Source: Adineta vaga (Eukaryota; Animalia; Rotifera). Taken from it: DNA of 64,000 nt. Made by a program: the position numbers and the translations under genes. Below are positions 37,501 to 50,080 of this stretch, in pieces (positions within the stretch are counted from its first letter, which is position 1; each line of letters opens with the position of its first letter). The notes below the pieces were generated by a model. The model made no database searches, was not told the DNA's origin, and was given only the letters and a program-made list of their open reading frames with translations. The stretch is from contig CP075494.1 in the NCBI GenBank assembly GCA_021613535.1, positions 16,492,001 to 16,556,000 on the forward strand, read 5' to 3'.

Positions 37501-39222
37501 ACAGCATCTTTTCTGAACAAAAACATTTATACGATGATGCCTGATCTAGGACCGAACTCGGTTGCTATGGGTGATTTTAACAAAGACAATCAACTTGATA
37601 TTGTTACTGTTAATCATAATGACAGTATAGCTATATTTTTTGGATTTGCAAATGGAAGTTTTTCAATTCATGCAATATATTCAACGGGTCTTGGTTCAAA
37701 TCCACGATTTGTCAGTGTCGCGGATTTGAACAATGATAATCAACTTGATATTGTAGTAGCTAATACTAATACTAATAATATTGGTATTTTTTTGGGATAT
37801 GGTAATGGAAGTTTCACTGATCAAAGAAGTTATCCGACTGGTGAATGTTCTAATCCATACTCACTTGTTGTGAATGATTTTAATAATGATACTCGATTAG
37901 ATATTATCGTAGTTACGTATACCATCGGTTGTATCTATGTTTTTCTTGGAAATGGTGATGGATTATTTTTCAGTTCGAACTACATTTCAGTCAAATCTGG
38001 ACCAAGATCGATTGCTGCTGGAGATTTCAATAATGACTATTGGTTGGATATTGTTATTGCTAATTATAATCAACAAAGTATCGATGTATATTTCGGCTAT
38101 GGTAATGGAACATTCATCAAAAGAACGAATAGTTATAACGTTGAATATCAACCGTGTTACATTGCTGTTGGAGATTTCGATAACGATACGTGGTTAGATG
38201 TTGTCTTCGCTGTAGGTGGCGACTCTACAAGTCATGTTGGCATACTTCGTGGAGCTGGTAACGGTAATCTATCTTCTGTACAAAGATATTTTACTGGCAA
38301 AAATTCGCAAGTTAATTCTGTCCTTACTGTGGATCTCAATAATGATAATCGACTAGATATTGTCTTCACTACAAATGGTCACGGAAATGTTTTTACTTGG
38401 CCGCTCCCACCTTTGCTCGGATACAATAGTATAGGCATACTTGTTGGATGGGGAAATGGTAACTTTAAAGCTCAAACAACATACTCAACGGGATCTTTTT
38501 CTGGTCCATTTTCAGCTGTAATTGGTGATTTTGATCATGATAATCGATTAGATATAGTTATCGTTGACTTTGAAAAGAACAATGTATGCATACTTTTCGG
38601 ATATCAATTTGTCACTTTTACAACAATAACAACATATTCAACGGGTAATACTTCTAGTCCACGATCTGTTGCTGTTGGCTATTTAAACAATGACAATCAC
38701 TTAGATATCGTTGTGGCAAATTCTGGTATTAATAATATATGTATATTTTATGGATATAAAAATGGATCATTTATCAATGGCGAAGTGTATTCAACTGGTT
38801 CTGATTCACAACCATATTCGCTCGCCACTGGTAATTTCAATAATGATAATTACTTGGATATTGTCGTTGCTAATCATAATTCTAACAATATAATGATTTT
38901 TTTTGGACAAAATAATGGAATATTTATAGTTAGTGGGATCTATTCTACTGGTATTGGTTCAGCTCCATACTCGATTACTGTTGCACATTTAAACGAAGAT
39001 AAATGGTTAGATATTGCTGTTGCTAATTATGGTACGAATAATGTTGGAGTTTTCCTTGGACAAGTTAATGGCACTTTTAAGAATCAAATGAAATATGCTT
39101 TAAACTTTGCTTCACGTCCATGTTCTATTGCTGTTGGGGATTTCAATAATGATACTATGTTAGACATCGCAATTACTAATTATGGTACAAATAATATAGG
39201 ATTTGTTTTGCGAGTGTGCTAA
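34587..39222 (+). CDS. Giant type II membrane FG-GAP/VCBS protein with 28 repeats (four propellers)
   Basis: Small 5' exons include a TM segment (VSITFALFTIVTIIVGVLTVYF), then |SRICKSMFE and one 4.3-kb exon with 28 DxNxDxxxD-type repeats ending VLRVC*. The start may lie further upstream. Confidence 0.9.
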
Positions 39223-39617
39223 AACGTAGATTTTGAAGTTTTCAGTTTCATTCTTTTTTTCTTATCAATAATCAAACAAATAAATCGTTTTTTTTGTCTT
39301 TTATATTCATAGAATGTTCGATCTGAAGATATTTTTGCATAGATTCAGTCTTGATATATGTCTTATTCTATGAAGATTACTTACATGTGACAAATATTTA
39401 CATTTATTTTACTTGGAATAAATCGAGCATTTTTCAATAGTTTTACAATATTGAACGTTTAATATGGATGTGTACGAACATGAATATAAAACTGGCTATA
39501 TATATATATATATATGTAATTGAAAATTACGATTAGATAGATTCCCAATCACTTTTACCTTCATCATATGTATACACAAGTAAATATCAGAAAATAGAAT
39601 ATTTTGTAAATTTTTAT

Positions 39618-40613
39618 TTGCTTCTCTTTTTAATTACATTTATTATTAATCTATGTCAATCGATTGAAATTTTTTGTCAAATTTATTTATTTTTATCAAA
39701 ATTTTCATTAAATGAATTTTCCAATATTCAATCGTTAACTTTAATCAATTTTGCCTATCATAATTATTCACAATTACGGACTCAATTACCATTTCCTCTC
39801 CAATTATCATGTTTTCGTTTAGTGAATTGTGAATGTAGAATACGCTATTCATTACCAGAAATAACATCTCAATTACGAATATTAACGGTATCAGAGTTAC
39901 TTTTTGATTATAATGATAAACTTCTCTGTAATATTTGATCACTTCAATATCTAACAATATCTCATTGTCTACTAAGAGAAGTATACGAGATATTAAAGAA
40001 TGCACCTCTGTTAAAGTATTTAAATATAAATTCTCTTAAAAGAAGTCATACGCTGTACGAATTCGCCAATGTATATTTTACAAAAATGCAACAAACATCT
40101 CATCTTAAGTATTTTGTTCTAAATGATTACGATGAATTATTATCGGATTTAGAACTTTTTTTCAAAAAAACACCAAATTTAGAAATTTTAACTATATCGA
40201 TTTTGAATGCCATGGGAATTAGAGCTAATCAATGGCGAAAATGGATTGTTAATTTATTACCAAAGTTAAAAACATTTCGATTCCATTTTCATTTTCGCGG
40301 ACGAGCGGCATCTAAAAATACAGAGAGCATATTTATGGAATTTCAAGATGATTTCTGGCAAAAAGAACATCATTGGTATACAGAATTCTTCGTATCGATA
40401 AATTCTGGTTCTATTCATACAGTTTCGTACCCCTCGAACCATTTTACACTGCAAAAGTTTCTATCGCAATACGATTATCCTCTGCTAAACACTTCAAACA
40501 AATATCACTCTGTCAAACGTTTAGAGATCGGTACTGGTGCATGGAATGATGATAACGATCAATTTTATTTTTCGAATGTTGACTCATTAGGGTGGGTGTG
40601 GGTGTGGGTGTGA
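39618..40613 (+). pseudogene. F-box-associated LRR-like gene remnant
   Basis: ORFs 39618 and 40086 are in the same frame, separated by one TGA (39936-39938). Motifs IQSLTL, TPNLEILTI, LPKLKTFRFHF and FQDDFW are present. There is no clear 5' end, and the coding sequence stops abruptly at a (GGGTGT)n tract at 40590. Confidence 0.7.
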
Positions 40614-41611
40614 TATTAGCTACCATATAAGGCTGCCAAACCTCCTGATTTTTGCTTTCCCTTAGTCGAGATTTACAGATACCTTCTCGTTTATACAAAT
40701 TCAGTGGAGAAAACGAGAAAATAATTCGAATTCAATAGATTTTTATCAACTATTTCTGTGTCGAATGCTTTTTCTAAATCAGTTTCTAGATAAATGATTT
40801 AGCTGAAGTAGAATTTCAAACTATATGAACACCCATTTGACATCTACAGTTTCATGTTTGTGTGTTTACTAAATCGAATATACTAAGAGAAATATAGTCT
40901 CATTGAAAAAAGCCACCAATTTAATAGTAATTACTTAATTACATACTTTCTGCTTTATTTTTTGTTCTATATTAATCGAGAAGTTAATATTCATTTACTA
41001 ATAATTATTCATAGAATAAATATAGAATAAATTATCATTTCTTTCAGTTTCCTTTAGTTATATGGAATTCTTTTATAGTTACTTTGTAATGGAAGAGTAA
41101 CACGTCTGTACGGAGGTATAGGCAAAAGTTAAATATTATTCTGATTCTCGTAGAAAAGGATTTTTGCAAGAATAAATTATTTACTTGTTTAGTGATCGCA
41201 TTTCGCTGATTGATCGAAAGATGAATAAAAACGAAAGAGACCATTTCACCTAATACTTGACTAAAGGGTAATAGAAGATAAGAAATCTGGATTTGACAAT
41301 AGTTTGAAAAGAATAGGTCCTATTGTTTTGGATAAAAAAACATCTTTCCTTCTACGAAAAATGAATAAACAGTTCAGTAACAGTGAAAAACAGATTCTAT
41401 CAGAAACACTTGAGCAAGTTTTTAGATGAGCGTAACTTGTACAGTAAAAATTATATTTACGTTCTTGAATATCTAAAGAAAACCTCCTGATTTTTTTCAA
41501 AAATTCCTAATTTGTAAAATTTTCATTCGGCAAGCTTGCACCCTCCTTCCAGTCGAGGGAAAAATCGTTGAATTTTTCATTTAATTGAATATACAAGAAC
41601 GTCTCTTGTTC

Positions 41612-42808
41612 TTATAAAATACAAGTTTCATTTTCACCTACAAGCCACAAGTAATTTTTTTCCATTAATTCTAATTTATCTTTAACCCATGAATTGAAAT
41701 GAATGATAAACGGTCGAAAGAAAGGATTGATTTTTTGAAGTTGAATTATTTCATTCCAATATTGATTATTTAATGAACCAAATATATGTCCATTTATATA
41801 AGATCTTTGATCTAACAAACGTAATTTAATCGAATTATTTGTTTTTATACTTGTATTTTTTCGTTTTAATCCTAATGGAAATGGTTCAACAAGCCAAGTA
41901 CGAGAAGAATCATAAAGAAATTTATTATTTAAAGAATCGTAACGATTATTTAAAAGTAAATCCATTGTCCATTGATCATTTGCTTTTGAATCAATTATTA
42001 TTATTTTATTTAAATCATTAAGTAAATCAATCGTTGGTTTTGTAGGACGCATAAGAAAAAATCCACCACATATTGGTGGTACAAAAGGTTTTCCTTCAAA
42101 TGGATCTTTTAATTGATTATAGAAATTTCGAGCATCTGTACTATAAATTAAATCTTCAATTTCATGACGATCTTCATTGAAAAAAAGATCATTTAATGGA
42201 TCATTCAAAAAAACAATATCAGCATCCATAAAAATAAATGAAAGATGAAATTGTTCAAGAAATAATAAATAAATTGATATTCTATGACGCATTAATTCAT
42301 AAAATCCATCCGTTCCAATATCTTGTATAGTTTTAATTTGATCAAATTTTGAATGAAAATAATAAATGCCAAATGAAAGATTATTTTTATCTCGATAAGA
42401 TTCTAAATCTTTAACAGCAGATTGATCTATTGCCCAAAAAATCAATTTTTTTGCAAGTAAATCTGCATGAGCTTTTCGTAATGAACATAAAAGATTATAA
42501 GCTACAGATAACATATCACTATTAACTTGAACAATTGCAATTGTACCAGGTCGAAGAAAATAATCAGAAAATGACATATCACCAACAAGAACAGGAGAAT
42601 ACCATGATGAAAAATTATTACTCGAATCTATGAAAATATAATTCAATTTTTAAAAGAAAAAATATTTATTTCCTTTTTTCATTTTCAACATACTTAAAGA
42701 ATGATTTGATACGGATAAAGATCGAGTGAATAATTCCATATGAAGAAATCCAGAAGAGATAAAAACAAAAATTAAACATATTGAAAATAAATAAATAAAA
42801 CGCCGCAT
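41612..42808 (-). CDS. Nucleotide-diphospho-sugar transferase (GT-A, GT77/Nucleotid_trans-like), type II membrane
   Basis: Exon 1 (42808-42694) MRRFIYLFSICLIFVFISSG..., phase-1 intron 42693-42628, then the FMDADIVFLNDP DxD motif, ICGGFFLMRPT, NDQ and IIHFN. Confidence 0.88.
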
Positions 42809-44219
42809 TATTCTTTAATGAAAAACTTTGAAATTAATATAATTTTAATAATAATTATTGTTCATCTCTTTTATCTAAAAGCAAAATATAAAGTATCTAA
42901 AGTCTTAAGAATTGATTGAGAGTGTATGAATGAGAAAAGTTCATACAGTTTCTTTTCTTTTAACTTTTAATCAGTAACAAGAAGTTTTTCATTTTTGTGT
43001 CAGAATTTAAATGCAACAAAAAAAAACCTTATCGATTTCTTTTTATTCTAAAGAGATATTTTATCACAGGATTCAACTTTTCTCAGGACTGATTTGTTTA
43101 ATTGTACATAATTCTCATTCGTGGATATCTTCAGACCACTCTCGTCGAACTCGCTTCGAAAAACAATGTAATTAAAGTTACGACGTAATAAAAAGAATAC
43201 AATACTTACTAATACTTTTATATGATTTGTTAGATGTCATTTCATAATACCTCATTATTTCATATAAAAACGCACACGTGAGTACTTTTTTCATTAGCTA
43301 TTTGCTTATATATATATATACATAAATGATTCACTTCAATGCACATATTTATGATAAGAGGAATACATAAAACGTATGGTGGTAATGAAGAATATAGTCG
43401 AATGTAAAATAAAATTTTAATTGATATTATTTTATTTGAATGGAATATTCCCATCGATTACGATCGAATAAAGTATAATCAGTTGAAGATATGTTAAATT
43501 ATCAAATTGTTTCATTAAAATTCGATGAAGAATTTCAATTAGTAAACTTTTAAGATGAGATTCATCCATAATCGATGTATTTCATTATGAGTGTTAAGTA
43601 TCAAATAGTTTTATCAATGAAACAATAAACACATAAGCGTAATTATAACGATAAAGATATTATCCCTTGTGGTGATATCAATATATGATCATCTCTCCCA
43701 ATCATGCGTATCCTTTCGTTGTTCTCCTCTCTCTCTCTCTCTGTATAAGCGTGCATTGTATTAAGGAGTGGTTACACTCTGGACATGTGAAGTAGCTCAA
43801 TAAACATCTACACCTTGAGCAGCGGTTCGCTACTCATCCAGTTTGTCTTTACAGTAACTCGTGACTTATATCCTGGTCTACATCCTCAAATTTTATCATC
43901 TTGAGGGCGAGGGGGTGCTCTTAGGATATTGTAATATCGAATTCTTTATTTGTCGTGCTAAGATGGGGTAGTCTGCAGGTGGGTATCCACAAGGTAATGC
44001 GTTGAAAATATTATGTTTTTTTTCGGCTATCAGATACGAGTGTTGATTTTTATTAATTACTTTTTTTTATCATTTCATCGCATAATAATTTATGAAGAGT
44101 ATGATGTCTTGCATATTCAAAAGATTCGTGTTGGCGGAAGCAAAAACGTGCTAAGATAATGATATCTCTTCTTGAATTAAAACTGACAAGTGTATGAATT
44201 ATTCCTTTAATTCATGGAG

Positions 44220-44268
44220 ATCTTGAGGGTGTGGGTATATCTTCTTCACTTACACCCACACTCAAGAT
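44220..44268. repeat. Telomere-hexamer-like inverted repeat element (cleanest copy)
   Basis: ATCTTGAGGGTGTGGGT-atatcttcttcactt-ACACCCACACTCAAGAT. Confidence 0.8.
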
Positions 44269-44551
44269 GACGAAAAAGAGATACTATTTTTATGAAAACC
44301 AAAAAAAGAAAAGGATTACTAAATACTATTCGTTTTAAAAAAGCCTCCGAAGAAAACAATATTTTTTAATTGTCTACTCCACTCTATCAACAATAATATC
44401 TCTTGGTAATTATCTAAAAAACACAAAACCTGATAATTTCAAGCCTGACTTTTGATCGGTACTTTCGAAATAAATCCTTTGATTTCTACTATAAATATGA
44501 TGAAAATATTCTACACTCCTCAATCAAATATTCGAAAAACAAAAGATAAAT

Positions 44552-45327
44552 ATGTTCCAATTCAAAGTATTCATTGTTTTGGCTATTATTACAAATGCTT
44601 TAACGAATCCCGTTGCAAATCAACCTGCTCGTTGTTGCTCTGCCAGTCGGTATACTCTCAAAACAGATCATACTGTTTACTATCTACAACAGGACGGTAC
44701 CAATGCAACCAAAAGTGTAAGTATTTTGATTGAAACTTGATAATCAATTTGTTTTCTTTGAAAATTATTTCAATAGATACATTTTCAATAGGTATATGAT
44801 GCTGAAAGTGGATTCTATGCAGTGGCAGGAACTACACAAAGTGCTTCATCTAATCAAAGTAGTTTTCGGCATCTCACTGATTCTAAAAATAAAGCTTTTT
44901 ATATCATTAATCCTGACGTCAATACTTGTGCAATATTTTCAAATCCTTCTGGTCCAGAAAATTGCATTCACGGTTAATGCATTGTGTTTCTAAAATAATC
45001 CGAAACAAGCTTTTTTTTTTCTTTTAGAAACAGCAACATATGCAAATTCATCAATATATATTTTTAATGGAAAACGAATTCTTGTTGATACATGGATAAT
45101 TGAGAATAATGATTATATGAGCTATCGAAAAGTGAGTCGAGATGGCTGTGTTCAAATAGAAGCTGGTTATGCAATGAAAACTGATAGTGAGATTTTCGAA
45201 AAATAAATAATCATTTATTAATTATAATGATTTGATTTTAGCAACGCATGGTAAATCAATAACCAGTGATTATGTTGAAGATATTATTGATCCAACTATC
45301 TTTGAAATTCCATCGTATTGTCATTGA
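44552..45327 (+). CDS. Ependymin-related (EPDR-like) secreted protein, 4 exons
   Basis: Spliced: signal peptide...QPARCCSAS...|VYDAESG...NTCAIFSNPSGPENCIH|ETATYANSS...VDTW...VSRDGCVQI...|...DPTIFEIPSYCH*. The CC, YD, W, DGC and FxxPxxC pattern is typical of ependymin-related proteins. Confidence 0.8.
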
Positions 45328-45724
45328 TTGATTTTCATTAATAGAATGAAAAAAATAAAGTAATAAACTAAAACATTCAGTTTTGATTATTAAAAAATGA
45401 TTTATTCTTTTTTAACACCTTGAGAGAAAGACTATTCCTAAAGATCGCAAGCAAAAAAAAATTAACAGGTAACCGTCAATACTTGGGGAAAATGCAGCGT
45501 TTTTCTCTTGCGTTCGCTAATGACAATATTTGAAAAAGACTAAAACGAAGAAAAAAAGAGAGATAAAATTCATTTTTGAATAGGGTGTATGAAACGTGAC
45601 ATGTATTGTATTGCAACTACATGTAAAAATAATACATCAGCTTTTTTGGTCCACTTTTCGATCAATTACTATACAATCACGAGATCGAAGTTTTCGCTTT
45701 TCTCCAATAAGTATCAGTGTTTTC

Positions 45725-45802
45725 AGGGTGTGGGTGTGGTAAGGGTATTCAGTATTGACTCTTAGATACACTCACATCCGCACACACCCACACCCACACC
45801 CT
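45725..45802. repeat. Telomere-hexamer-like inverted repeat element
   Basis: AGGGTGTGGGTGTGG...CACACACCCACACCCACACCCT. Confidence 0.75.
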
Positions 45803-46546
45803 TGGAGTTTTGATCCAAAATATTTCTTTTAAGTTACTCAGTATAGGTAGATGAATTAATGCTCGATACATGTATCTACGAAAAATTCTTCAAAACTTTC
45901 AATGAAACAAAGGGTTCTTCAATATATAATAAATATTAGTTTTATTTATGAATGTTTTTCTTAGTTTTTTTTGGAAAAAACGATCGATGAATTTTGCTCT
46001 TGTTTTTTCTTTGCTTCATTTTCATGTCTCGTTATAATTCTTAACTACTTGTTTTGTGTGTTTTCTTATGTAATGATGTTTAACTACCTTTTCGTTATGT
46101 ACTCAATCTATCACATTATCTCTTCTATTCTTATGAAGGAATACATTAAATAGTGCGATAAATATTCGCGTCAACCGAAATTGCTTCCACTGCTTGACAG
46201 ATATTATATTATCAAAAGCAAAATTTTTTATTTATCTGTCTATATTTCTCCTATCGTATTTGCCTAGTAATCAACTTACTTAACCATTACCCAATTTGTT
46301 TTACAGCTGGGTATAGCTGTCAATTTTCATCATATTTTGGAGATATGAAGCGATTTTCGTGAACTCAGTACCTTCGATTACGTATCAATTTGTCAGAATT
46401 CCATCGATTCAAAAGCGTTTGATAACCAATTAGATCCAACTGTTAATTTACTAATTTCTTAGCGATGCCATCTTGCTATAACTGAAAACATATTTAATCT
46501 CCTTCAACTATTTGTTTTTATTGACACAAGTTTTAACAAATAACAT

Positions 46547-48356
46547 TTACAATGAAGGAAAATAGTGATGAAAATTTTCTGGAGAAACAAACAGCTCCTC
46601 TATATGAAGACTCGTTAATTTAGTACAAACATGACGTGTCCCATCATTAGTAAAATTATTTGTGACTATCACAAGTGCTTCGTACTTGATATAAAGCTCC
46701 CGTAAACGAGGCGAATGACAATGTTTATCGAAGAGAAATTGTGCAGCGTAGTCGACATGAGCGGTGGCAATATTGAGTAAAATAAGATGAGAAAATTGGA
46801 TGAAAGTTATTGACTGTTTCTTCTCTTTCTGTGGTTCATCATTGAAAATATCCAATCGTTTCAACAGAGGAAAACTTTGAGCAATAACTTTGAAAAAGTG
46901 ATGTTCGAAAGGGCGTATGTCTGATATCATCAGCGATTGAACGTTATCAAGTATGCCACCTTGAAAAGAATTGCTTAAATTATGAAAATTTTTGAATTGA
47001 TATGGAAGTGAATAGATATGAACTCTCCTGTTCTTTTCCTCTGAAAAGTTTCAACGTGTGTAACAACTAGTCCATATTCTCTTCTAATGAAACTACGCTG
47101 AATAACTTCATTCGATGAAAGAGCAATTTCAGTATTCCTCTTGATCACGCATGTGTCGATCTTGAAAGCGAATTTCTTCAATTGTCGCATATGAATAAGA
47201 ATATCATCATACAATTGAGTACCATCGATATAGTTCGAGTCAATTCTTATTATTGAAAGAAATAATATCAACTCTTCCAGATTAATCATTCGTCGAAATA
47301 ATGGAACAAGTTCCTTATCATATACAATTGCGTGTGGATATGACGTAAATGTCAAATGTTTAAGTTTGGGAAGTTTCTTCTACAAAAATTTTAAAAAAAA
47401 TGTTAGTCTATCGAGTCCATTCTTTACTTTTTTGAAACATAATACCTAACAATAATACTAACCGTTTTATCTATTGTTCCTGATGTAGGTGTTATTTCGT
47501 CCACGTGAATTTTCAGTGTTGATAAACAATTGAGACGTTCGTCAAGTAAATAAAGGAAATCATTGAAAGTTTCCGCAGTAATTTCCAGTGTAGTCAAAGT
47601 TGTAGACATGAAATTAGTTGATAAGTCAAAAGTACAGCTGGTTAAGCGATGTGATGATTCACAAAAGTTCAACTCCGTCAATCGTTTACATAAAGATAAA
47701 ATCAAAATGAATATAGTCGACAGATTTCGAGAAAGTGATGGTGTTGTCATATTCATGACATCAATTTGAAGACATGTAATTTGTTCAGTAAGAAGCCGGC
47801 GAAGAATTGTATTATCTTCAGTTCATAGACACAAAAAAAAGAAAATGCTAATTAACTTATTCAAATGATTTTATCACCGTATTGATTAAAATTCGAAAAC
47901 AAGTTTATCTGTTAGGTATTTAACCAGTACATCTTCTCGACAACCTCTAAGTGATAATAAATAAAGTTCAGGATAATTGATAGTACCAAATACACGTTCC
48001 ACTGAACTTTGTTCAAGAGTAAGTTCATTTACTTGCTGATAAATTCGAGGTAAAATATTTTGACAAATTTTATTAAGAACTTGATTGTCTATTGAATACA
48101 TAAATTGAAAACATGATTTCATCGTCACAGTGGTCATATCAAGATTACGAATATAAAATGGATTGAGCACTATTTCATTAAATCGTTGACAAACATCCAC
48201 AAGTGAATAAAGAATGTCGACCATATTTAATTTATTGAAAATAATAAATAAAATTTCATTAGGTAAATCGAATATATTTTTTTGATCATTGTACGAAATA
48301 TTCATATCTATTTTTGTCATTGCCGTCTGAGAAGACAATAAAAAATAAATAATCAT
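46547..48356 (-). pseudogene. F-box / LRR-like gene, probably inactivated
   Basis: F-box IFDLPNEILFIIFNKL. The expected first donor reads ACAG|ATAAAC (AT instead of GT) near 47909. A frameshift near 47030 is needed to reach HIYSLPYQF...NSFQGG...DIRPFEHHFF...HYFPSL*. Confidence 0.72.
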
Positions 48357-48441
48357 GACATACTAATAGACTGCGATGAACAGTTGATGTCACCTTGTTT
48401 TCCAGAGACATGGAACAAACAAGGCGAAAAATAGATCATTC

Positions 48442-48705
48442 TATTTTCAAGATTTCTCGGTCCAGAGCCATGACGGACTTTTTTTTCTTTTTTTCAATTC
48501 TTACTTTTCACTGAAGAAAAGGCATGAGAAGTTCAATGACCTAAAAAATGGGTGTCCAGTAATATAAATGTGTGATTCTTTAATCAAAAAGAAAGGTTAA
48601 TTAAAAAAAAAGACTCTTCAGTGCTCTGTATCCTGACAATGGTCTATCAAACAAAAAAACAAAAAAAAGCATACCATGGACCATGACCGAGAAATCTTGA
48701 AAATA
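48442..48705. mobile_element. MITE-like element bounded by perfect 21-bp inverted repeats
   Basis: TATTTTCAAGATTTCTCGGTC (48442-48462) and GACCGAGAAATCTTGAAAATA (48685-48705); no clear TSD. Confidence 0.55.
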
Positions 48706-49425
48706 AAATTGAAAAACCAAACTGAGAAGAAATGAAAAAGCATGGTTTTTCATTAGAAACCATGAAGATTTTGTGAACAAAAGAGGTTTTGAGAAAAAAA
48801 AACTTTATGGTCTCTGAAAGATCTGAAGATGGGCTATCTTCCTATGCATTTATCTCATTTTTAAGAATTTTCTCGAAAAGTGACTTTTTTTGAGGGTGGG
48901 GTTTAATGATTTCAGAAATATTTTTGAAGAATCAAAATTTGCTATTTAAATTTAAAAAACAACTGAATTTCTTCTTGTTATCATTTAAAAGAAAGAAACT
49001 TTCATATTTTCAATATCGAATAATATTAAATCTTAAAATAAGGGTGCAAATGACTATAAATCGTTTGTTCTCATTCTCCATATTACGTAGAATTCTTATT
49101 CATATTATGAAATGATTATTTATTGATGAAAAGATAAATGATAAAATCATACTTTATTAGACAACAATAAATTATTAAAATGGATATTCAAAGCGAACAT
49201 TGACAAATCAGTTATTAATGATGATGATTATATTCTTAATTTTTAATTTGTTTCAGTTAAATATAGCTAAAAATAAATATAATTAGCATACATTCATAAA
49301 TCGAAGAATCTAGAAAATCTCTTACTCGATCTATTGCTTCGAATAATCGATCAATTTTCTCTGCAAGATGTTCAATATGTTCTCCATGATTCAAAGTATT
49401 TCTTTCTTCTTCTGTTGCTTTTTTT

Positions 49426-49490
49426 AAGGGTGTGGGGGTGTAGGTGCCGGTAAAGAAGAAATCAATACTCATACCTACATCCTCAAGATG
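49426..49490. repeat. Telomere-hexamer-like inverted repeat element
   Basis: AAGGGTGTGGGGGTGTAGGTG...CTCATACCTACATCCTCAAGATG. Confidence 0.7.
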
Positions 49491-50080
49491 TACCTCATTC
49501 ATTGCCTAGTTAGATTTTGAACTGCCCATGCCTGCCCAGTCTTCAACTGAGCTTCAAGGGAGCATTGCTCAGTGTTCAAAAAATCCTAGCTACCCCACAG
49601 GAATCATCTAGTATATCCACCGCAGAATCGAAACAGTTTACGCCAGCTATTCATTTCTCACTATTGAGTGCGAAATACTAACTTTTCTCTTCCTCGCATC
49701 ATGAAGTACGACAAGTGGCTCCTAAAGTGACATATGTGTTATCATGAAATGAATCAATCTCAATGCACAATTAACAGAATAAGCTTTACATTTGTTTGTT
49801 CTATTAATCCCCACACCTCATCAATCGTTATTCATATATTGGTTCTAGCTTTAGACGTTTTAATAGAGTCATCTAATCGCTTGAAAATTGCATACATATG
49901 AGAATTTATTTGTAATTAAAACAATGACATCATTTAGTTTAGGGCTTTACAAAACATACCCATGAGTATTTAAAAGCTAATACACGAATAGAAAAAACGC
50001 AGAGAAATTGATTGATATTCAGTAGAATCGTTAATTCAAAAATACCACTCTACGATTTATTCTTCATCCCCATCAATAAA

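Noticed and set aside
39496-39515. (TA)n microsatellites here and near 32079 and 43307
   Set aside because: Short and expected in AT-rich DNA.
39936-39938. In-frame TGA as selenocysteine or readthrough
   Set aside because: The gene is also truncated at both ends and no redox motif or SECIS is evident, so a nonsense mutation is simpler.
49540-49612. CTGAGC...GCTCAG hairpin followed by CTAGT as a Helitron 3' end
   Set aside because: The spacing is atypical and no 5' end or second copy is visible.
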